Positions 15,670-24,543 of a DNA stretch of 42,143 nt are shown piece by piece (positions within the stretch are counted from its first letter, which is position 1; every line of letters begins with the position of its first letter). The notes below the pieces were generated by a model. That model ran no database searches. It was given only the letters and a program-made list of their open reading frames with translations, and had not been told where the DNA came from. Both the position numbers and the translations under genes were made by a program. The DNA lies in the NCBI GenBank assembly GCA_964519145.1, contig CAZFHL010000003.1, positions 1-42,143 on the forward strand, read 5' to 3'. Source of the DNA: an uncultured Candidatus Saccharibacteria bacterium (GTDB lineage Bacteria; Patescibacteriota; Minisyncoccia; Phycocordibacterales; WO2-35-19).

Positions 15670-16440
15670 ATGACTAATATATTATTTATGGAAAAATTGA
15701 TTAAACAATTGATGGAATTTGGAATCAGTGAAAAAGCTGCTCGCGCCTATTTATCTTTGGTAGAGATAGGCAAAGGAACAGCATACACTATTGCAAAACA
15801 ATCCGGAATAAAAAGGCCGACTGTTTATTTGTTAATAGAAGAATTAAGAAAAAAAGGGTTGGTCATAAAAATACCTCATATAAAAAATCAGGTCTACATA
15901 GCAAAGGATCCTACAGAATTCTTTCTTGATTTAGAAATTAAAATAGACGAAATTAAATCTACAATACCAAGATTATTTAATAAATCTAAAAAAGAAAATT
16001 CTATAGCACACTTATTTGATGGCAAAAATGAAGTTAAAGATGCGATTAAATATAAGATAAATGAACTTGCTGGGCAAGAGATGTTAGCCTTTTATGGAGT
16101 TCCTAGAAAAGGAAAAAATATACCAGAAATATATTATGATTATGCTAAAATTTTAGAAAATCAAAAAACAAGTGTTCGTTTCTTTGCTCCCAACGATGAT
16201 TCATTGAAAACATTTAGAAAAAAATATAGAAGCTATAATCATAAAGGAATATATTTATCTCCAGATGAATACCTCCCTAATGTATCTATTGAAGTTGGAT
16301 CAGATTTTTCAAAAATATTTTTACATACATCTACAAAAGTTTTGATAATTGAAGACAGAGATTTTTCTCATTTTATGAAGCAAATATTTGAATTATTGTG
16401 GAAGTTAAAAAATAAAAAACAGAATCTAAAATCAGGGTAG
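15670..16440 (+). CDS. TrmB-family transcriptional regulator
   Basis: N-terminus LMEFGISEKAARAYLSLVEIGKGTAYTIAKQSGIKRPTVYLLIEELRKKGLV is a typical TrmB wHTH. Confidence 0.7.
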   Translation: MTNILFMEKLIKQLMEFGISEKAARAYLSLVEIGKGTAYTIAKQSGIKRPTVYLLIEELRKKGLVIKIPHIKNQVYIAKDPTEFFLDLEIKIDEIKSTIPRLFNKSKKENSIAHLFDGKNEVKDAIKYKINELAGQEMLAFYGVPRKGKNIPEIYYDYAKILENQKTSVRFFAPNDDSLKTFRKKYRSYNHKGIYLSPDEYLPNVSIEVGSDFSKIFLHTSTKVLIIEDRDFSHFMKQIFELLWKLKNKKQNLKSG

Positions 16441-16456
16441 TTTTTTTAGATTTATT

Positions 16457-17809
16457 ATGTATAATATTGTTATGATTTCACAAAAACACAGAGAGGCAGT
16501 TTATCTTTTTTTTGGTGATATTTTAATTTTATACTTCTCTTTGTTCGTCGCTCTTTCTTTCAGATACTTTTCTATACCATCATACGACTATTTTTATTTA
16601 CACTTATTGCCGTTTTCAATCATTATAATTGTTTGGCTCTTGGTTTTTTTTATTGGAGGTATTTATGAAAAACATACTTTGATTTTAAAAAGTAGATTAC
16701 CAAGCACTGTTTTAAATGCCCAATTGATCAATTCTTTTATAGCCGTTTTATTTTTTTACTTTATACCTTATTTTGGCATTGCTCCAAAAACAAATCTTTT
16801 TATATATTTGATAATATCTTTCATTTTTATATTAACATGGAGAATTTATGGAGATAGTTTGTTTAGACCATCTATAAAACAGAGAGGATTAATTATCGGA
16901 GGGGGGGATGATATGAAAGAACTTATCAATGAAGTAAATAATAATCCAAAATATGGACTAGAATTTATTTCATCAGTTGATATAAATAAAATCTCGGGAG
17001 TTGATTTTAATAGTGAAATATTAAATACAGTTTATTCAGAAGACATACAAATCATAGCTGTTGATTTAAAAAATGAAAAAGTGGATTCTATCTTGCCTCA
17101 TTTATATAATTTAATTTTTTCAAGAATTAAATTTATAGATATGTATAAAATATATGAAGATATTTTTGATAGAGTGCCCATTTCTCTTGTTAAATACAAT
17201 TGGTTTTTAGAAAATATTTCTACTGAATCTCGAGTTGCTTATGATTTTTTAAAAAGAATGATGGATATTCTGTTGTCTTTAATAATAGGACTAATCTCTC
17301 TTATATTTTATCCAATCGTTTATATTTTAATTAAAATCGAAGACAGAGGGCCAATATTTTTTGAACAAGAAAGAATTGGTAAGAATAATAAAGTTTTTAA
17401 ATTAAAAAAATTTAGAAGCATGAGTATTTTGAAAGAAAATGAGACTGAACAGAAAATCACTTCCGTCGGGAGATTTTTAAGAGCTTCAAGAATAGATGAA
17501 TTACCACAATTGTGGAGTGTTTTTACAGGAGATATGTCTTTAATTGGACCAAGGCCAGAAATACCAAATCTTGTAAAACACTATGAATCAGAAATATCTT
17601 ATTATGATGTCAGGCACCTTATTAAACCTGGGCTTTCTGGTTGGGCACAACTTTACCATACAGATCCGCCAAAAATAAGTGCTGATGCAGAAAAAACTCG
17701 TAGAAAACTTTCTTACGATTTATATTATATTAAAAATCGTTCCCTTATCCTTGATTTAAAAATTGCATTAAAAACATTAAAAACTTTACTATCAAGAAGT
17801 GGTATTTAA
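16457..17809 (+). CDS. polyprenyl-phosphate glycosyl-1-phosphate transferase (bacterial sugar transferase, WbaP/EpsB type)
   Basis: N-terminal TM block plus a C-terminal catalytic domain: GPIFFEQERIGKNNKVFKLKKFRSM, DELPQLWSVFTGDMSLIGPRPE. Confidence 0.85.
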   Translation: MYNIVMISQKHREAVYLFFGDILILYFSLFVALSFRYFSIPSYDYFYLHLLPFSIIIIVWLLVFFIGGIYEKHTLILKSRLPSTVLNAQLINSFIAVLFFYFIPYFGIAPKTNLFIYLIISFIFILTWRIYGDSLFRPSIKQRGLIIGGGDDMKELINEVNNNPKYGLEFISSVDINKISGVDFNSEILNTVYSEDIQIIAVDLKNEKVDSILPHLYNLIFSRIKFIDMYKIYEDIFDRVPISLVKYNWFLENISTESRVAYDFLKRMMDILLSLIIGLISLIFYPIVYILIKIEDRGPIFFEQERIGKNNKVFKLKKFRSMSILKENETEQKITSVGRFLRASRIDELPQLWSVFTGDMSLIGPRPEIPNLVKHYESEISYYDVRHLIKPGLSGWAQLYHTDPPKISADAEKTRRKLSYDLYYIKNRSLILDLKIALKTLKTLLSRSGI

Positions 17810-17852
17810 CTTAAATTTGCAAAAATTTCAAAAGTTATTATATTTATAGAAT

Positions 17853-19142
17853 ATGGCAAAATATAAATTTTGGACGGTTTTGTTTGTAGCCTTTTGTATA
17901 TGGGCTGGTTTTTTTATATGGAATGGTGAGAAACAAAACAGGTCTGATAAATTTAAATTAGGTCTAGATCTATCTGGGGGTACAAGACTTATTTATAAAG
18001 CAGATACTAGTATTATAAATGAGAGTGAGGCAGATGAAGCAATGGTTTCTCTGAGAGACACAATAGAAAGAAGAGTGAATCTTTTTGGTGTTTCAGAACC
18101 TCTTATTCAAGTTCAAAAAAGTGGAGTATTTGGTGGGGGTGAAGAGAGAAGACTTGTTGTGGAATTACCGGGTATTACAAATATAGATGAGGCTATAAAA
18201 AAGATAGGCCAAACTCCTAGTCTAGAGTTTAAACTTCTTCCAAAAGATGTAGAAGAAGATATAAAGACTAAAGAATTGACAGATAAAAATACTATAAGTA
18301 GAATGTTTGTTTCAACTGGACTTGATGGCAGAATGCTTGAAAAGGCAACTCTTCAGTTTGATCAAAATTTTGCAAATAAACCAATAGTCGGTATAAAATT
18401 TAATGAAGAAGGTTCAAAATTGTTTGCAAAAATAACAAGAGAAAATATCGGGAATATGGTGGGTATATTTTTGGACAGCAATTTAATTGAGGCTCCTTCA
18501 ATAAGAGAAGAAATAGAAGGTGGGGAAGCTGTTATAACAGGAAACTTTAGTGTGGCCCAAGCAAAACAAGTAATTAGAGATTTAAACTACGGCGCCCTAC
18601 CTTTACCGATTTCTCTTATTAGTACAGAAACAGTGGGGGCTTCTCTTGGTAATGAAGCTGTTAAATCTAGTGTAAATGCTGGTTTATATGCTTTTATAAT
18701 AATATCTTTATTTTTGATTGTATGGTACGGATTTAATGGTTTGGTGGCATCATTTGCTTTATTACTTTATTCAATTATTAATTTATTATTATTTAAATTT
18801 ATACCTGTAACACTTACTTCTGCTGGAATTGCTGGATTTATATTGTCTATTGGTATGGCTGTTGATGCCAATATTTTGATTTTTGAACGAACAAAAGAAG
18901 AATTAAAAAAAGGTAAAGATAAGTATGACGCTTTAAATGAAGGTTTTAATAGAGCTTGGAGCTCTATAAGAGATTCAAATTTATCAAGTATAATAACCGC
19001 TGTGATACTTTATTACTTTGCTTCTACTCCTGTTGTAAAAGGATTTGCCCTCGTATTTTTTATAGGAGTCTTGGTTTCAATGTTTTCAGCGATTACTGCT
19101 TCAAGGACTATATTATTTGCTTTTACTAAAAATAAAAATTAA
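17853..19142 (+). CDS. secD: protein translocase subunit SecD
   Basis: LGLDLSGGTRLIYKAD, a periplasmic domain, and a C-terminal 6-TM block with ILSIGMAVDANILIFER. Confidence 0.85.
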   Translation: MAKYKFWTVLFVAFCIWAGFFIWNGEKQNRSDKFKLGLDLSGGTRLIYKADTSIINESEADEAMVSLRDTIERRVNLFGVSEPLIQVQKSGVFGGGEERRLVVELPGITNIDEAIKKIGQTPSLEFKLLPKDVEEDIKTKELTDKNTISRMFVSTGLDGRMLEKATLQFDQNFANKPIVGIKFNEEGSKLFAKITRENIGNMVGIFLDSNLIEAPSIREEIEGGEAVITGNFSVAQAKQVIRDLNYGALPLPISLISTETVGASLGNEAVKSSVNAGLYAFIIISLFLIVWYGFNGLVASFALLLYSIINLLLFKFIPVTLTSAGIAGFILSIGMAVDANILIFERTKEELKKGKDKYDALNEGFNRAWSSIRDSNLSSIITAVILYYFASTPVVKGFALVFFIGVLVSMFSAITASRTILFAFTKNKN

Positions 19143-19145
19143 TTT

Positions 19146-20048
19146 ATGAATATTGTTAAATACAGAAAAATATTTTATATAATCTCTTTTGTTTTGATCG
19201 GTGTTTCTTTTTATTCTATTTTTACTTTTGGTTTAAAAACAGGTACTGATTTTTCTGGAGGAAGTTTGCTTGAAATTGGATTTAAAGAAGATGCTCCTTC
19301 AAAAGAGATCGTTAATCAAGTTATTATAAACTCTGGTATTTCGAATACTGTTATTCAGCAGATAAAAGAAGGTGGTTTTAGTATAAAATTGAGAGAAATC
19401 AGTCAAGAAGAAAAAAATAATATTTTAATTGGAATACAAAGTTTAGGATTTATTCCTATTGAAAAATCTTTTACGAATGTTGGACCAGTTTTAGGAAAAG
19501 AGGCTTTGAATAAATCTATAGTTTCGATTATTTTAGTTTTGACGGCTATTGTTTGTTTTGTGGCTTTTGCTTTTAGAAAAGTCTCAAAACCAATATCGTC
19601 TTGGGTTTATGGTTTTGTGGCTATAATAGCACTTCTACATGACGTCATTATACCAACGGGTATATTTGCTATATTTGGCAATCTTTATGGATTTGAAATA
19701 GACACACTTTTTATTACTGCTATTTTAGTTATTTTAGGTTTCTCTGTTCATGATACTATTGTTGTGTTTGATAGAGTCAGAGAAAACTTGAATAATTCTA
19801 CATCTCCAAAGACAGCAGAAGAGTTCGATAAAATTGTAGATGAAAGTGTGAGAGAAACATTTATAAGATCACTAAACACTTCTTTAACCACTTTGCTCGC
19901 AATAGCGGTACTCTATATATGGGGCCCAGATTCTATAAAACATTTTTCACTAACTTTGCTTATCGGCATTACAGTCGGTACATACTCCTCAATATTTATA
20001 GGTTCTCCGCTCCTTACAACCATAAATCGTTTTAAGTTTAAAAAATAA
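19146..20048 (+). CDS. secF: protein translocase subunit SecF
   Basis: GTDFSGGSLLEI, LHDVIIPTGIFAIFG and LGFSVHDTIVVFDRVREN. It lies immediately downstream of secD. Confidence 0.85.
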   Translation: MNIVKYRKIFYIISFVLIGVSFYSIFTFGLKTGTDFSGGSLLEIGFKEDAPSKEIVNQVIINSGISNTVIQQIKEGGFSIKLREISQEEKNNILIGIQSLGFIPIEKSFTNVGPVLGKEALNKSIVSIILVLTAIVCFVAFAFRKVSKPISSWVYGFVAIIALLHDVIIPTGIFAIFGNLYGFEIDTLFITAILVILGFSVHDTIVVFDRVRENLNNSTSPKTAEEFDKIVDESVRETFIRSLNTSLTTLLAIAVLYIWGPDSIKHFSLTLLIGITVGTYSSIFIGSPLLTTINRFKFKK

Positions 20049-20066
20049 AGCAAACGATAGACCTAA

Positions 20067-20193
20067 TTTCAAAAGTCGTCGCAAGTGTAGTTTTTGATAG
20101 ACTTGCGCAAGGTTGACTCTACCGACCATAGCAAAAAATCAGCAGATTTTTATGTGTGTCTATCAAAAACTATACTAAGAAAGATTTTTGAAA
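20067..20193 (+). repeat. 127-nt two-stem palindromic element, copy 1 (type E1)
   Basis: Outer stem tttcaaaagtc/gatttttgaaa, 10+10-nt internal loop, inner stem tagtttttgatagac/gtctatcaaaaacta, and a 55-nt apical region. The reverse complement recurs at 26810-26936 with about 6 differences. Confidence 0.85.
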
Positions 20194-20258
20194 TATCGTA
20201 CGGTTACAAGTTTGACTTTTTTGTGAAATTATATATAGTCTTTTAAGGGAGTTCATTT

Positions 20259-20981
20259 ATGCTAGAAAGAACAGGAAGAGCTTTTGAAAGACTTTTCATT
20301 GGGAGTAGCACTGATTTAGATTATCTTTTCGAGCAAAAGTATGATATTCCAGAATTAAAATCAGGAACAGATTTTGCACGCGATGTTCCTAAATTTATCA
20401 AAGCGTCTAAAAAACTGGGAATCAGATGTCCAAATACGCCTATTGCTAAAAGGATGTTTTATGGTCTAAAAAATAGACTAACTAAAATTTTAAAGAGAGA
20501 AGTTGATCTTTGGTTTTTACCGACCGGAAATGTAGAAGAGGGTACTTTTTTAGACGCTTTCCATTATACAGATGTTGTAATTCATATTTCTGGGATAAAT
20601 ACTATTTTAACTCTTGATTTGTATTATGTAGAAAATGAAATAATTGATTTTTTAAAGGAAAAGTGGATCAAGAGTTTTAATAGAAAAACTTGGTACACAG
20701 AAGCAAATTTTCAAGACGATTTGTTTAGATATAAAAAAGGATTGAAAGTTGTAAAAAAGCTAATAAAAGCAAAATTAGGTGGAAGAGAAGCTTCTTTGTT
20801 TCCAATTGAAAAATCTGATTTAGAAATCAGGGATCTCAGTGTTTTTAGACCGAGTAATCATTTTATTGTGACTCCAGATCATATTTCAGTCAGGCGCAAA
20901 AGATTAAATTTTCTCAATTTTCTGGCAAGGTATTATGTTGATTTGGTAAAGATAGAAGAAGGAGGTCTTCCTTATGGTTGA
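20259..20981 (+). CDS. hypothetical protein (240 aa)
   Basis: ORF with RBS aagggag and an upstream TTGACT..TATAGT. No recognisable motif. Confidence 0.6.
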   Translation: MLERTGRAFERLFIGSSTDLDYLFEQKYDIPELKSGTDFARDVPKFIKASKKLGIRCPNTPIAKRMFYGLKNRLTKILKREVDLWFLPTGNVEEGTFLDAFHYTDVVIHISGINTILTLDLYYVENEIIDFLKEKWIKSFNRKTWYTEANFQDDLFRYKKGLKVVKKLIKAKLGGREASLFPIEKSDLEIRDLSVFRPSNHFIVTPDHISVRRKRLNFLNFLARYYVDLVKIEEGGLPYG

Positions 20982-21017
20982 GCCCAGTTTTTGCTTCGCA
21001 AAAACTGGGCTCTTTTT
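20980..21017 (+). terminator. strong intrinsic terminator
   Basis: 15-bp stem gagcccagtttttgc / gcaaaaactgggctc with a 3-nt loop, then ttttt. Confidence 0.85.
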
Positions 21018-21122
21018 ATACATGAATTCCCAAATATCCAATTCAAATTTACCTTTAAATATATACATATTTTCTTAAATTATTTATAAAATTTAATATT
21101 TTATAAAATAGTACAATAATAC

Positions 21123-21150
21123 TTGACAAAAATATACAAATGTGTATAAT
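21123..21150 (+). promoter_or_regulatory. consensus sigma70-like promoter of the second G+C-rich gene
   Basis: TTGACA (21123-21128), 16-nt spacer, TATAAT (21145-21150). Confidence 0.6.
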
Positions 21151-21238
21151 ATATATCAGATTTGATTAGTTCTTGATGGGGTTGAAAAACCACATTAGGA
21201 ACAGATTGAAAAGATTAGAATAGAAAGAAGGATAAAAA

Positions 21239-22630
21239 ATGAACATCGACATGAGTGCGGCGTTGGCCAAGGCCAACACAATCGTTGCCCGGCCGAAGCC
21301 GGTGGAAGATCTCTCGGTCGTCTTGCTACGCAAGGCGAATGGGCTCTTGCATACATCAAACGTTAACGCAGAGTTCGGCCAAATCATGGCCGCTCTGCCG
21401 GCGTTGAATCAGGAGCAAGTGGCTCCGGTCATGTCTGCGCTCTTTACCGCCGTCAAGGAGAGGGACGGACTCAATAAGTTCTCGGTCGTCTCCCAGCTGA
21501 TGGAATATCAGTCTGGGGGGGCGGATGAATATGCGCTTAAGGCCTTCATGGATTGGGACGGCCAAACGGTCGGGGTCTTTGACCCCGAAACAGGGAACTA
21601 CGCCGAGGGGAAGAATGGCGTAGCGACGCCGTGTATGGCGGTTCGCTACTTGGCTGGACGGAACGAAGGTTTTCTTCCCGTTCTCGCCAAGTTGAAGGAA
21701 GACTTCGGCGCCGCGTTCGACAATGATGGTTATCAGGTGTGGCCGACCACACTCATCGCTGGCCTCTACGGCCCGAAGTATTGTGCGCCGGTTTTCAACC
21801 CGGCCCACAATGACCGGCATGATGGCGGGACGCTGATCCCGAAGACGAATTACCTCGCGGTCAGAATCCCCGAGGAGATTCGAAATAATGTCCGGATGCA
21901 GTCGGCCGGAGAGATTCTCCGGAACGGTGGAAAGCAAAATGATCCGGATCATCCACTTGCGCACACTGGCAGGATTCAGCCGGACCTGAATTACCTGGTC
22001 TGCGCCGGGATGACGAATGAGCAATTTATGAGGTTGCTCAATCTGATGCTCGGGTACGCACGATGCGGGGTATACGCCCTTGATATGAGGGGCATCATTG
22101 GTCGGCTGGTTCACCACAAGGCCTTTACGGCCGGAGTGGGGATCGCCGGGCAAATATTGAAGTTCCTCAATGGGACCGTAGGCGAGTATGGAAAGCCTGG
22201 CCCTGGAATCGAAATCCTCAAGCTCCTTTCGACTTGGGCGCTAGCGTCGAATAAGTCCATGGGTGATGAGAACAAGGAGCTCTTCGATGTCGCTTTCGCT
22301 CGGTTTAAGGACAACCTTGGGATTAAGAAGGTTGTCCAGGATCATGAGCCTCTTCTCCCAGAGGAGCCCCTGCCGGTGGCCAACAAGAAGGCCAACAAGA
22401 AGGCCGATGGGAAGAAGGGCGAGAGCAATGATCATCGTCAGAAGCCTCGGGCTCCGAAGCCCGAGGTGAATGACCGGCGTCTCCGTCGTCAGGAAGACGA
22501 CGAGGAAGACGAGGGCGGTGTCGGTGCTTCTTCGGGAGAGGGTGTTGCACCATCCCTGCCTCGGCAGGTGGTGGTGAATAACGCCATGGCCACGCAGTTG
22601 GCCGCTCTCGGGCTCGCTCCGAAAAAGTAA
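21239..22630 (+). CDS. G+C-rich orphan protein (463 aa) with a charged low-complexity C-terminal tail, function unknown
   Basis: RBS gaaggataaaaaATG. 35 of the first 60 nt are G/C, against 11 of 60 in the promoter region just upstream (my count). The tail is ..KKANKKADGKKGESNDHRQKPRAPKPEVNDRRLRRQEDDEEDEGG... No motif recognised. Confidence 0.7.
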   Translation: MNIDMSAALAKANTIVARPKPVEDLSVVLLRKANGLLHTSNVNAEFGQIMAALPALNQEQVAPVMSALFTAVKERDGLNKFSVVSQLMEYQSGGADEYALKAFMDWDGQTVGVFDPETGNYAEGKNGVATPCMAVRYLAGRNEGFLPVLAKLKEDFGAAFDNDGYQVWPTTLIAGLYGPKYCAPVFNPAHNDRHDGGTLIPKTNYLAVRIPEEIRNNVRMQSAGEILRNGGKQNDPDHPLAHTGRIQPDLNYLVCAGMTNEQFMRLLNLMLGYARCGVYALDMRGIIGRLVHHKAFTAGVGIAGQILKFLNGTVGEYGKPGPGIEILKLLSTWALASNKSMGDENKELFDVAFARFKDNLGIKKVVQDHEPLLPEEPLPVANKKANKKADGKKGESNDHRQKPRAPKPEVNDRRLRRQEDDEEDEGGVGASSGEGVAPSLPRQVVVNNAMATQLAALGLAPKK

Positions 22631-22747
22631 CTTCGGCGGTGCTGGTGTTTCTTGAGGACATCCCTCAACGATTCGCTGGGACCCGAAATTGTTGGTGTAT
22701 AGTCTTGATCAAATGGTTGATTAAGGCTAAGTAGTTTGTTTGGTAAC

Positions 22748-22785
22748 ACGCCGGCTCTGAAAAGAGCCGGCGTTTTCATTTTTTA
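22748..22785 (+). terminator. intrinsic terminator of the G+C-rich gene
   Basis: acgccggctct-gaaa-agagccggcgt followed by tttcatttttt. Confidence 0.85.
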
Positions 22786-22830
22786 TAAAAACATTAAAAT
22801 TTAATATTTGAATGTTATAAAAATAAAACA

Positions 22831-22962
22831 TTTTACATAAACTATTGAGTGGTACTAGTATTTCTGTGCCTTGCGAGTCTCGACGGAGCGAGCACGAGGA
22901 ATTTTTCACCAGAAAAATATCCGTGCACAGAAATACTAGTACCCGAGAGAGATTATGTAAAA
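22831..22962. repeat. 132-nt two-stem palindromic element (type E3), same architecture as E1
   Basis: Outer stem ttttacataa/ttatgtaaaa, 10+9-nt internal loop, inner stem ggtactagtatttctgtgc/gcacagaaatactagtacc (19 bp), and a 55-nt apical region. Confidence 0.8.
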
Positions 22963-23024
22963 AATTTAATAATATAAATGATATGCACAGTTTTTCTTTT
23001 TGTGTCTTGTGGTAAAATGTTTTT

Positions 23025-23291
23025 ATGCAATCTCATTTTTTAATTTCTTTTGGTTTATGGATCATAATAATTCCATTTTTAGGAATATCTAGTGTTTCCA
23101 AAAATTATTTAAATATCATTTCCGGATTATTTTTATTGTTTTTTGTTTTATCCCCAATTGTTTTTAATAAAATAGAAGTAAAACAAAAAGTGAAAAAGAG
23201 GAAAGGCAAAAATACTGAAAGTAATTTAGTTAATATAAAAAATTATTCTGAAGTAGAGGATTTGCCTTTAGAAAAGGATATAGAAATGTAA
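23025..23291 (+). CDS. small membrane protein (2 TM segments), hypothetical
   Basis: 88 aa with two hydrophobic segments then a Lys-rich tail. The stop lies 1 nt before the next ATG (coupled). Confidence 0.5.
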   Translation: MQSHFLISFGLWIIIIPFLGISSVSKNYLNIISGLFLLFFVLSPIVFNKIEVKQKVKKRKGKNTESNLVNIKNYSEVEDLPLEKDIEM

Positions 23292-23292
23292 T

Positions 23293-24513
23293 ATGATTTT
23301 TACTCAAAAAAATGTAATAAAATATTTTATTTTCTTTTTAATATTTATATTTTTAATTTCTTTTTTATTTTCTTCTAAGATAAGTTTAAAAAATAAAGAA
23401 AGTGTAGAAAATAAAATTATAAAAAAGGAAATCACTTATCTTAAAACTCCTGAAAATTTAAAAGCAGTTTATATGTCAGCTTGTTTTGCTAGCAATAAAA
23501 GTTTAAGAGAAAATCTTGTAAAATTGGTAGATGAAACTGAAATTAATTCTATTATGATTGATGTCAAAGATTACACAGGTACGGTATCATTTTTAACTGG
23601 GGATAAAGAGATAGATGGATTAAATGGCTCTGGTTGCAAAATAAATGATTTAGAAGATTTTATAAAATACCTTAAAGATAAAAATATATATACAATAGCA
23701 AGGATAACCGTTTTTCAAGACCCGACTTTCACAAAACATTACCCGAGTTTAGCAGTAAAGAGGAAAAGTGATGGAGGTGTTTGGGTAGATAGGAAAGGTA
23801 TATCTTTTGTTGATGTTGGAGCAAAACCTTTTTGGGATTATATAGTTTCTATATCTAAATATTCTCACGATATTGGTTTTGATGAAATAAATTTTGATTA
23901 TATTCGTTTTCCTTCGGATGGAAATATGAAAGATATTGATTTCCCTCATACAGGCACAACTACAAAAAAAGAAATGCTTAAAAAGTTTTTTGAGTATTTG
24001 GATAATGAAATGGCTAAAAAAGAAATAGTATCTTCAGCAGATGTTTTTGGTATGACTACTACAAATACAGATGATCTAAATATTGGTCAAGTTTTGGAAT
24101 ACGCTTTATTAAATTTTGATTTTGTTGCTCCCATGGTTTATCCGTCACATTATCCAAATGGTTTTAATGGTTGGCAAAATCCAAATGAAGTGCCCTATAA
24201 AATAATCAAATTTAGTATGGATAGCGCTGTTGCAAGAAATCTTGCTTTAAAAAAAGAAGTTTTATCAAAAATGTATATTGAAAATGCTTCTTCTTCAACA
24301 AAAGAGAAAACAAATTTTTATAATGAAAGGGTTGAAAAAAGATTATCAAAAAAACAAATTCGTCCTTGGCTTCAAGATTTTGATTATCCTGTGCCATACA
24401 CTAGAAGTATGGTAAAGGAGCAAATAAAAGCAGTTTATGATGCTGGTCTTTCAAGTTGGATGCTTTGGGATCCTAGTAATAAATACACAAAAGAGGCTTT
24501 GGTTTTAGAATAA
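23293..24513 (+). CDS. putative glycoside hydrolase-like TIM-barrel protein (DUF4015-like), N-terminally anchored
   Basis: Signal-anchor sequence. IMIDVKDYTG, FDEINFDYIRFPSDG and FVAPMVYPSHY blocks resemble the 'putative glycosyl hydrolase domain' family. Family recalled from memory only. Confidence 0.45.
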   Translation: MIFTQKNVIKYFIFFLIFIFLISFLFSSKISLKNKESVENKIIKKEITYLKTPENLKAVYMSACFASNKSLRENLVKLVDETEINSIMIDVKDYTGTVSFLTGDKEIDGLNGSGCKINDLEDFIKYLKDKNIYTIARITVFQDPTFTKHYPSLAVKRKSDGGVWVDRKGISFVDVGAKPFWDYIVSISKYSHDIGFDEINFDYIRFPSDGNMKDIDFPHTGTTTKKEMLKKFFEYLDNEMAKKEIVSSADVFGMTTTNTDDLNIGQVLEYALLNFDFVAPMVYPSHYPNGFNGWQNPNEVPYKIIKFSMDSAVARNLALKKEVLSKMYIENASSSTKEKTNFYNERVEKRLSKKQIRPWLQDFDYPVPYTRSMVKEQIKAVYDAGLSSWMLWDPSNKYTKEALVLE

Positions 24514-24543
24514 ATTTCAATTTATTTGATATAATTTATACAA

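Noticed and set aside
21356-22779. Long antisense and alternative-frame ORFs within the G+C-rich gene (21356..22153, 21546..21752, 22111..22314, 22241..22435, 22263..22469, 22323..22661, 22489..22779) and 1091..1276 / 1374..1592 in island 1
   Set aside because: High G+C content depletes stop codons in all frames. These ORFs lack RBSs and have Arg/Pro/Ser-rich junk composition.
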